Made by a program: the position numbers and the translations under genes. A stretch of 12,369 nucleotides of DNA from Candidatus Iainarchaeum sp. (GTDB lineage Archaea; Iainarchaeota; Iainarchaeia; Iainarchaeales; UBA10191), in assembly GCA_030649735.1 (NCBI GenBank), contig JAUSFL010000012.1, positions 1 to 12,369 on the forward strand, read 5' to 3'. The notes below the pieces were generated by a model that saw only the letters and a program-made list of their open reading frames with translations, did not search any database and was not told where the DNA came from. Positions 1 to 6,624 of the stretch are shown here, piece after piece. The stretch's first letter is position 1, and every line of letters starts with the position of its first letter.

Positions 1-58
1 ACCAGGCCTTGCAGGGAATGCAGTAAGGCAAATAGTCAAAGTCGCCCATGTTTTTCAT
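1..58 (-). CDS. N-terminal fragment of a putative Cys-cluster protein (YkgJ / CxxCxxCC-like), truncated by the window edge
   Basis: Own translation of the minus strand from ATG at 58 (alternative ATG at 49) gives MKNMGDFDYLPYCIPCKAW, with the next codon starting with T. CxxCxAx(C) near the N-terminus resembles YkgJ-family starts. Only 19 codons are visible. Confidence 0.4.
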   Translation of the reverse strand, partial: MKNMGDFDYLPYCIPCKAW

Positions 59-96
59 TGCAAGCCCTTGGTTCAATAATTTTCCAATATTTCGCT

Positions 97-630
97 TTAG
101 CTTTCCCCGCGCTGCTTCTCACTTTCAATATACTCGTCAACTAAAGAAATAAGTTTTGCTATTTCCCCAAAAGCAAACTCGTCTCGCTCTTCAGCAACCA
201 AGCACTGGGTAATATAAGGAGAGCCAAAATCAAAGCCATAAAGAGTGTAGCAGCCGCGAAAGCGGCCGGCGCTTCCATATATTTCACTAACGCTAACAAG
301 ATGCTCTTTCAAGCGCTTAATAAGAGATTCTCGCTCAGAGGGCCCTGAACTTTCTATTTCTTTAATTTCTTCAGCCAGCACCTCTTTTTGCTTAACCATG
401 CTGCGAATTTTATCAGCGTTATTTCTCAAGAAATCTTGCACCCCATCAAAGATTTTCTTTGTAGTGGAAGCATCTGCAGAGAATTCTTTTCTCTCACGCC
501 TTCCACTTCCCCCAGAGCCAGTGGAAACCGTGCGAGCCTCGCTAAAACTGCCATCAGGAAGGAAAACAAATGAAGTGCCAGAGCCTTCGCCGCTCCACGC
601 AGAATACCTGATGCCCAATTCTGATACCAT
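97..630 (-). CDS. Hypothetical protein (177 aa); signal-less paralogue of the repeated domain of the upstream lipoprotein, with a charged helical insertion
   Basis: ORF track. GAGGGA SD-like motif about 6 nt before the ATG, which lies 14 nt after the stop of the upstream gene. By-eye alignment to lipoprotein aa 192-309 (IRYS..GEGSG..LPDG / IEYS..GFEGGG..YPNG; YTLYGF / YSLIGF; AFGEIAK / GFAEFDK). Confidence 0.8.
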   Translation of the reverse strand: MVSELGIRYSAWSGEGSGTSFVFLPDGSFSEARTVSTGSGGSGRRERKEFSADASTTKKIFDGVQDFLRNNADKIRSMVKQKEVLAEEIKEIESSGPSERESLIKRLKEHLVSVSEIYGSAGRFRGCYTLYGFDFGSPYITQCLVAEERDEFAFGEIAKLISLVDEYIESEKQRGES

Positions 631-644
631 TACATTTCCCTCAT

Positions 645-2846
645 TTAATCAAACACGCTGAAGCCGTGCTCTGAATACGCTGTTTCATTGAATTTGGCTA
701 CTGTTTGGAAGAAATAATCATACAGGAATTTTGCAGGCTGGCCTTTCTTGAAAACCAATGCATGGCTCATGCTTGAAGGCTGCTTGTCATTTCCGACTGT
801 AAAGTCAAGCCATGCTTGGCTTCCGTCAGGCAAGTCATAAACCACAATGTAATTCGGGCTTGCTACTTTCCAGTCAGGAGCTCCCCAAAGAACGTCAACT
901 TCATTAAACATTACATAATCTGCAGAAGTCTGGGTTCCTTTAGGCTTTGAGGCAATCAATTCCTCAAGCTGGGAAACTTTTTTCACGCCGCCCATGTCCA
1001 CATACAACGGGGCTTCAGGAACTGTGCCTTTAGGGTAAGGCTCTAAAACAACCTCGATTTTTGAGATTTTGAAATATGATTCTTCATGCGCTGGAGTAGT
1101 GCTTGATCCAATGCTTCTTTCAGCGGCAGTCAATTTCACGACTTCTCCAGTGATTTCAACAGGCAGTGTTTGGAAGAATTGCTCCAAGAAAAAGTTTTGG
1201 TTTTGCATTTCTGAAGGCTTTACTTCAACAACGCCAAAAGCGTCTCCTGCATTGTCCTGAACCCAAACAACGATTGTGTTCTCTTGCTTGAAAGGCAGGC
1301 TTTCTACAGAAGGCATTGGCTTCCAGTAAAGCGATAAATCGTGCTTGTAAAAGTCCTGCAATACTGCCTTTATCTTGAATTTTTCTCCAATGCTTTCCTT
1401 CAACTGCTTTATTGAAGGCTGGATTTCAAAAAGGCTTGAGAATGCAGGCACTTGCTTTAAGACAGCCTCTGCCTTTTTTGAGTCTAATTTTACGCTTTCT
1501 TGGGAGAAGAAAGAATTTGAATAATGCCCGCTGCTTTCAAACCTGTAGGCAGTCACTGTCTCAAGGCCGTGGTCGACATTGTTGAAGCTTTCTACAATTC
1601 CATTATTGTCTGCAATTGCCTGCAATTGAGTGAAAATTTTCTGCACTTGGGCTTCAGAAAGGCCTGCCACTTGCGCGTTAGGATAAAGCTCCTTGATTTT
1701 GTCCTTAAAAGAGTCGATTCCTGAAAACTCAAAATACTCCAAGTCATTAATGCTTGCGTAAGATTCATTAGGCACTGGAATCAAGACAGCCAGTCCAGAA
1801 ACGTGCAAAAGCCCAACATACTCTTTGACTGAAGGGTCAGTGCTTTTCACATTAAAGCTCAAGCGGTTAATCAAGAAGGGAGAACGGTGGTAATTCACTT
1901 CGCCAAATTTATTGGCTGTTGCTTTAGAAAGCATTGACTGGAATGACTTGTCAAATTCTGCAAACCCGGGGTCTTTTTCTGAAAGCGAAGCAATGCCATT
2001 CTTTGCGCCTGGAAAGCCAATCAAACTATAGCTTTTCACATATCTTTCAAGCCCGACTCCTGAAGAATCCGCAAGCCCTGAATCTTTTGAGGCCTTTTCA
2101 GCAGCTTTAAATAATTCATTGGCTGTTTTGCCATCAACTTGGTAATAATAATCTTCAATCCATATTCCGGCGCCTGGAGAAATCCTCAAATGATTTACAA
2201 GCAAGCCATTAGGGTAAAGCGTTAGGGTTGCTCCGCCGCCTTCAAAGCCGTGAACTTCAGAATACTCAATTCTTTTCTCTTGATTTTCCTCATCAACTGA
2301 AATTGGAAATTCTCCAATCTTTGCCTGATTGACTGCCTTAGCCAATTCAACAAATGCCGGGTTTGTTGAAACTTCCAATTGATTTGCTTCCTCGCCGCCA
2401 ATGTTTTTTTCCGCCGCGCTCAAGTAAATGTTTTCTTTGGAAAAGCCATACAATGCAATGATTGCGTTCTTTTGCCTCGCCTCTGCCTGAATACCTGACG
2501 GCTTTGCGCCAGGCCTGTAAGAAGAAGCTGTTTTTTTAACAGCGGCAAAAAAAGCGTCTGCCGCTTTCTTTTCCAATCTTCCATAAAAAGTTTCGACAGT
2601 CGGCCCGTACTTTTCAAAACGTTTTTCCTTAACCCAAGAGCCGTCAGAGTTTATAGTAATCAATTGCCTTACATTCACTGTTTGGGCAAGCTCTTTGCTC
2701 TGCTCGTCAAATTCTGAATAGTAAACTATTGTAGCATTCTTGTCAACCATTGAAAAACCACCATTTTCAGTTCCATTGTTTTCTGCAACACAGCCTGAAA
2801 AAGCCAATGCTGCCAATAAAATTGCCGTTATTGCAAACAAGCGCAT
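645..2846 (-). CDS. Large multidomain surface lipoprotein (733 aa): three internal repeats, a putative OB-fold and a putative BLIP/SmpA-like C-terminal domain
   Basis: MRLFAITAILLAALAFSG|C is a signal peptide with lipobox (Cys19 at 2790-2792). N-glycosylation sequons NGT, NAT, NES and NET are present. TATA-like TTTTTAAA lies 23-30 nt upstream. Domain calls are by eye. Confidence 0.85.
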   Translation of the reverse strand: MRLFAITAILLAALAFSGCVAENNGTENGGFSMVDKNATIVYYSEFDEQSKELAQTVNVRQLITINSDGSWVKEKRFEKYGPTVETFYGRLEKKAADAFFAAVKKTASSYRPGAKPSGIQAEARQKNAIIALYGFSKENIYLSAAEKNIGGEEANQLEVSTNPAFVELAKAVNQAKIGEFPISVDEENQEKRIEYSEVHGFEGGGATLTLYPNGLLVNHLRISPGAGIWIEDYYYQVDGKTANELFKAAEKASKDSGLADSSGVGLERYVKSYSLIGFPGAKNGIASLSEKDPGFAEFDKSFQSMLSKATANKFGEVNYHRSPFLINRLSFNVKSTDPSVKEYVGLLHVSGLAVLIPVPNESYASINDLEYFEFSGIDSFKDKIKELYPNAQVAGLSEAQVQKIFTQLQAIADNNGIVESFNNVDHGLETVTAYRFESSGHYSNSFFSQESVKLDSKKAEAVLKQVPAFSSLFEIQPSIKQLKESIGEKFKIKAVLQDFYKHDLSLYWKPMPSVESLPFKQENTIVVWVQDNAGDAFGVVEVKPSEMQNQNFFLEQFFQTLPVEITGEVVKLTAAERSIGSSTTPAHEESYFKISKIEVVLEPYPKGTVPEAPLYVDMGGVKKVSQLEELIASKPKGTQTSADYVMFNEVDVLWGAPDWKVASPNYIVVYDLPDGSQAWLDFTVGNDKQPSSMSHALVFKKGQPAKFLYDYFFQTVAKFNETAYSEHGFSVFD

Positions 2847-2868
2847 GAAAGAATTTAATACTTGCAGG

Positions 2869-2876
2869 TTTAAAAA
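2869..2876 (-). promoter_or_regulatory. Putative archaeal TATA box for the lipoprotein gene (leaderless)
   Basis: TTTTTAAA on the minus strand at -30..-23 from ATG 2846. No SD motif before the ATG. Confidence 0.55.
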
Positions 2877-2888
2877 GAATGCTGTTTT

Positions 2889-3176
2889 TCAAAGGTGGTA
2901 ATGGAAGGATTTGAAAAAATCCGCTGTAACTCCAGCGTCAAGCCAAGCGTGCGCGTAAGAAACAGCAGCCAAGGCGCGGGCCTTGTCGCCTTGAGCTTCA
3001 AAGTACAGCGAATCTTCAAAATAGCATTTTGCATTCTGCAAAAACTCTTGCGCAATCTTGCGGTTTTTTGCGGAAATCTTTTGCGCAAATTCCAATTCTG
3101 AAATGACTTTTAAAGTTACTTTGCGGTAGCGAGAAAGCTTTTCTTCAATGCCTTCAATCTTTGGCTTTTTTTTCAC
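2889..3176 (-). CDS. DUF357 domain protein
   Basis: Signature AKCYFEDSLYFEAQGDKARALAAVSYAHAWLDAG. The GTG start overlaps the upstream TGA (GTGA). DUF357 is commonly next to dph5 in archaea. Confidence 0.9.
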   Translation of the reverse strand: MKKKPKIEGIEEKLSRYRKVTLKVISELEFAQKISAKNRKIAQEFLQNAKCYFEDSLYFEAQGDKARALAAVSYAHAWLDAGVTADFFKSFHYHL

Positions 3177-3853
3177 AAAATCACTTCCAGCAAGCGATTG
3201 TAGTCTTTTTCCTTTATGACAATTTTTGCAGCATTCTCCAACTCTTTCACATGCGGATTGAATGCAATTCCCAACCCGACTGCCTTTATTGCTTCAATGT
3301 CATTTCCCCCATCTCCAACAAAAGCAATCTCTTCCATCTTCAAGCCCTCAAATTTTGCAATATTTTTAACATGCGCAAGCTTTTCTAAAGCGCAAAAAAG
3401 CTCAACGCGCTCAAGCTTTTCTTTTTCATTAAAGACCGCCCTTTCTGTAATAACGTGGTCAAAAAGGCTTTTTGGGAAGAAAACTTCGAAAGCAAAGTCC
3501 AAACTGCCTGAAACCAAAGCCAGTTTTATTCCCCGAGCCTTCAATTTTTTCAGCACTTTCAAGGAATTCTTCATTGCCTTTGCTTTTTTCAAATGCTCCA
3601 ATAATTCTTTTCTTGAAACTCCCTTTTCTATCCAAAGCTTAGCTTCCCTCAAAGGCCATTCAGAATAAGGAATTTTTCCATCAAGAAAATCATTTTGAAT
3701 CAGCTTGACTTTTTCCAAAACCCCGAGTTTTTCGCTCAAAAGCCCCCAACTTGAAATGTGCGGGGTAAAGTCCACCAGAGTATTGTCAAAGTCAAAGCAG
3801 ACAAGCTTTATTTTGGCCTTCGGCTTTCTTGAAGCCTTTTTTGCAGGAGTCAT
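3173..3853 (-). CDS. HAD-superfamily subfamily IB phosphatase, archaeal phosphoserine-phosphatase-like
   Basis: Motif I DFDNTL, motif II LVSGS, motif III Lys (EKL), motif IV GDGGND, and GIAFNP. SSW after motif I matches the archaeal PSP-like (TIGR01491-type) group. ATGA overlap with dph5. Confidence 0.88.
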   Translation of the reverse strand: MTPAKKASRKPKAKIKLVCFDFDNTLVDFTPHISSWGLLSEKLGVLEKVKLIQNDFLDGKIPYSEWPLREAKLWIEKGVSRKELLEHLKKAKAMKNSLKVLKKLKARGIKLALVSGSLDFAFEVFFPKSLFDHVITERAVFNEKEKLERVELFCALEKLAHVKNIAKFEGLKMEEIAFVGDGGNDIEAIKAVGLGIAFNPHVKELENAAKIVIKEKDYNRLLEVIL

Positions 3854-4614
3854 TCCTTAAGGCCTGCCAGGGTTTGAAGGGCTTCATGCTCTTTCTCTGA
3901 AAGCGCTCCGCAGACAATCATGCATTGCGGGAATTCGTTAAAGCCAAAAGTCTTCAGGCGCCTTGCACTGCCGGCTTTCAATTGCATTTTAGCGCTTCCA
4001 GCGCCTGCAATTCCCACAAGAATCGCGCCTTTAAGCAAGGAATCCTTGCGCTTTTCCCCAATTTCTTCAAGCACAGTGATTGCCTCTTTAATGCTCATTA
4101 ATTTTTTCTTTTCCCGCTTTATGTCCAAAAGGCACAGCGAATGCAATCCAAGCTTTTGGTTTTCCCTAAGCAAGTCAAAAAAGGATTCTGGGGAGTAATT
4201 CTTTTCAGGCAGGACAATTGTCACTGCCCTCCCGAACTTGTACTCTTGCAGGCCAGTATGGCCAATGAAGTTGGTGATGGAAATACCGGGAATTACGGCA
4301 TAAGGCGTTTTGATTTGCTGACAGTCCAAAATCAATTGAATGTGGGTTGTTGCAGTCAAGGGATTGCCAAAAACCAGCAATGCAATGTTTTGCGATTTTG
4401 AAAACTCCAATTTTTCCTTAAACTTGGTTTCAACCTCGTGCCTGTCAGTCATTATTATCTTCCTTCCAAGCAAGGCCTCCAAAAATTCAATGCTGCCTTC
4501 AGAATACTGTGAAGTGTACTGCTCAATGTAGATTTCACTGCACTCTTTCAAGGCATTCTGCGCCTCCAAAGTCAAATGCTCTGGCTTTAGCCCAATTCCA
4601 ACCAAGTAAAACAT
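3850..4614 (-). CDS. dph5: Diphthine synthase (diphthamide biosynthesis methyltransferase)
   Basis: Motifs MFYLVGIGL, EQYTS, DR..VE, G[N]PLTATTH, GLQEYKFGRAVTI and N..LGLHSLCLLDI. Start moved from TTG 4626 to ATG 4614, which gives the family N-terminus and has a GGGTGA SD just upstream. Confidence 0.93.
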   Translation of the reverse strand: MFYLVGIGLKPEHLTLEAQNALKECSEIYIEQYTSQYSEGSIEFLEALLGRKIIMTDRHEVETKFKEKLEFSKSQNIALLVFGNPLTATTHIQLILDCQQIKTPYAVIPGISITNFIGHTGLQEYKFGRAVTIVLPEKNYSPESFFDLLRENQKLGLHSLCLLDIKREKKKLMSIKEAITVLEEIGEKRKDSLLKGAILVGIAGAGSAKMQLKAGSARRLKTFGFNEFPQCMIVCGALSEKEHEALQTLAGLKE

Positions 4615-4618
4615 TCTT

Positions 4619-5485
4619 TCACCCAAAAATTCCTGCAGGCATTGCTGAAAACCCGATTGTCAAGGCATCCCTTAGTCCGGGTGCCATTCCAAAAATCAAA
4701 ACCAAAATCTTAATGAATCCCTTCAGGTTTTTGTCCTCAATTTCCTTGTCAGCATAGTAAAGGATTGCCAAAATCAATGCAATTTTCACGATCGGGAACA
4801 GAATTGGCGAAATTGCAAGAATTCCAGCGCTTACTGGATGCTGTTCCCAATAGCCAAAAAACCCAATTGCAGTAAAAGTCGCAACTCCATCCAACAACTG
4901 GCCAGAAAATGCAAGCTTGTTCAAATTATCTTCCAAAAGATTTATTTTCAAAAATTTCAAGAGGAAATAAACTATTGCAAAAAAGACTGCAAAGAAAGCA
5001 ATTACCAATGCAAGGCCATAGAACTGCTGGTAACGCAAGAAAGCAAAAGCAAGGAAAGGCAATGCTGCAATTCCGCCAATAATTCCAAAAACCTTAATCT
5101 TGTCAATCTTGAACTTTTTCTCTGCAAAAACCGCAAAAGCCAAGGCAAGGATTGCAAAAATTCCAACAGCAAGGTAAATTCCAGGAGTTATGAGATAAAA
5201 ATTAGGGCTTAAAACTTCACAAGTCCTCAAATTGACATTAATGCTTCCATAATAGTCATCAATCAACCTTGCTGAACTTCCAAGAAGGATAAACCCAACT
5301 AATGCCAAAGCAAATTTTGAGTCAAACTTCACATTTTTTTTGAATAATGGATAAATTATAAAGAACGCAATGGCCAATGCAATCAATGCAAATGTTATTG
5401 TGTTTATAAAATTATATGGGGCCGCTTCTCCCATTATTGGCTGGCAAAAGTAAACATTGTACAAGTCCTGAAAAACTGAAAGCAT
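4619..5485 (-). CDS. DUF63 family multi-pass membrane protein
   Basis: Motifs YNFINTITFA, LITPGIY, LDGVATFTAI..GYWEQH and GMAPGLRD. About 9 hydrophobic segments. Confidence 0.9.
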   Translation of the reverse strand: MLSVFQDLYNVYFCQPIMGEAAPYNFINTITFALIALAIAFFIIYPLFKKNVKFDSKFALALVGFILLGSSARLIDDYYGSINVNLRTCEVLSPNFYLITPGIYLAVGIFAILALAFAVFAEKKFKIDKIKVFGIIGGIAALPFLAFAFLRYQQFYGLALVIAFFAVFFAIVYFLLKFLKINLLEDNLNKLAFSGQLLDGVATFTAIGFFGYWEQHPVSAGILAISPILFPIVKIALILAILYYADKEIEDKNLKGFIKILVLIFGMAPGLRDALTIGFSAMPAGIFG

Positions 5486-5506
5486 GAAACATTAATTTTG
5501 GGAAGA

Positions 5507-5514
5507 GTTTAAAA
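5507..5514 (-). promoter_or_regulatory. Putative TATA box for the DUF63-dph5-HAD-DUF357 operon
   Basis: TTTTAAAC on the minus strand at -29..-22 from ATG 5485. Confidence 0.5.
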
Positions 5515-5534
5515 GCAAAAAGCATTAGTCGCTG

Positions 5535-5762
5535 TCAGTCGCCAATAAACTCAAACCTTGGAATTTCCTTCCCGTCCTTGAGGATTTTTTCAAGAAACAT
5601 TGCTTTCGGGCGAACCCACAAGGCATTCTTACCAAACTCCGAATCATACAAGGCGCGGTAGACTACAAACTCTTCCAAAGTCTCAGAATGCCTGCCAATC
5701 CCCAAAACCTCATACATTTTGCCCTTGAAATGCCTATACTTGCCTGGCTTCACTGAATCCAT
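5535..5762 (-). CDS. DUF1653 domain protein (small SH3-like)
   Basis: GKYRHFKGKMYEV, HSETLEEFVVYRALY, LWVRPKAMFLE and PRF make up the complete DUF1653 signature. Confidence 0.93.
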   Translation of the reverse strand: MDSVKPGKYRHFKGKMYEVLGIGRHSETLEEFVVYRALYDSEFGKNALWVRPKAMFLEKILKDGKEIPRFEFIGD

Positions 5763-5795
5763 ACTAATAAAATTGTTTATTAGCCTTTTAAAATT
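5763..5795. promoter_or_regulatory. 33-bp divergent promoter region with overlapping TATA-like boxes and an 8-bp inverted repeat
   Basis: TTTTAAAA at 5786-5793 is -31..-24 from ATG 5762 on the minus strand. TAATAAAA at 5765-5772 is -31..-24 from ATG 5796 on the plus strand. CTAATAAA-ATTG-TTTATTAG spans 5764-5783. Confidence 0.6.
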
Positions 5796-6623
5796 ATGGA
5801 CTTAAAAGCAGCCTTGAAGGGAAAACTTTCTGAAAAACAGCTTGCAATCTTGAACAAGAGCTTTGACTCTGTCGGGCAAGTCGCAATCATCGAGATTCCT
5901 GAAGAGCTGCAAAAAAAGAAAAAATTGATTGCTGAAACTTTACTCAAGCAAAACAAGCAGTTCAAGACCATTGCTGAAAAAGTATCTGGTGCTGGCGGAA
6001 AATACAGAATTAAGAAATTGAAAGTAATAATCGGCTCGAAAAGCCTTACTGCAGAATATCGCGAAAGCGGGTGCTCTTTCAAGGTTTCTTTGGGAAAAGT
6101 GTACTTTTCCCCAAGGTTTGGGACTGAAAGATTACGGCTTGCAAAACTCGTTCAGCCAAAAGAGAATGTTGGAGTGTTTTTTGCGGGCTGCGGGCCCTAC
6201 TGCATTGTAATAATGAAGCATTCGAAAGCCACAAGCTGCGTTGGGTTTGAATGGAATCCAGTTGCCGTAAAAGACTTTGAAGAAAACATCCGCAAGAACA
6301 AAATGCAAACGCAAGTTCAAGCAGTCAAAGGAGACGTGAAAAAAACCGCGGAAAAATTCAAGGGAAAGTTTGACCGCATAATCATGCCTTCGCCGTCAAA
6401 CGCGATTGAATACTTCAAGACTGCATTGCAATGCTGCAAAAAAAATGCCGTAATACACTATTATTGCTTTTCTGAAACTTCAGGGCCTTTCAAAAAACGC
6501 CTTGAAGAAGTGAAGAAAATCGCAAGAGAGAATGGAAAAAGCCTTAAATTGCTCGATTCTAAAGTAGTAAGGCCTTACAGCAAGGAAATTTGCCAAATAG
6601 TATTGGATTTGCGGGTGAAATAA
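5796..6623 (+). CDS. Trm5/Taw2 (Met-10+) family SAM-dependent tRNA position-37 methyltransferase, short form
   Basis: Motifs SFDSVGQVAII, ESGCSFKV, KVYFSPR..TERLR, FAGCGPY, EWNP, FDRIIMPSP and IHYY. At 275 aa it lacks the N-terminal D1 domain. Subfamily unresolved. Confidence 0.88.
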   Translation: MDLKAALKGKLSEKQLAILNKSFDSVGQVAIIEIPEELQKKKKLIAETLLKQNKQFKTIAEKVSGAGGKYRIKKLKVIIGSKSLTAEYRESGCSFKVSLGKVYFSPRFGTERLRLAKLVQPKENVGVFFAGCGPYCIVIMKHSKATSCVGFEWNPVAVKDFEENIRKNKMQTQVQAVKGDVKKTAEKFKGKFDRIIMPSPSNAIEYFKTALQCCKKNAVIHYYCFSETSGPFKKRLEEVKKIARENGKSLKLLDSKVVRPYSKEICQIVLDLRVK

Positions 6624-6624
6624 A

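Noticed and set aside
3173-3853. Assigning the symbol serB to the HAD gene
   Set aside because: It lacks the SerB-specific E-x-I-D segment, and no serA/serC genes are nearby. Only the family-level call is supported.
4615-4626. ORF-track start of dph5 at TTG 4626 (MGER extension)
   Set aside because: ATG 4614 gives the family N-terminus MFYLVGIGL, has a GGGTGA SD and avoids overlap with DUF63.
388-5212. Plus-strand short ORFs (e.g. 398-661, 3216-3668, 3920-4198, 4838-5212) and alternate-frame minus ORFs 2420-2617 and 2870-3088
   Set aside because: They are antisense or frame shadows of well-supported genes, with Ser/Phe-rich or otherwise atypical composition and no motifs.
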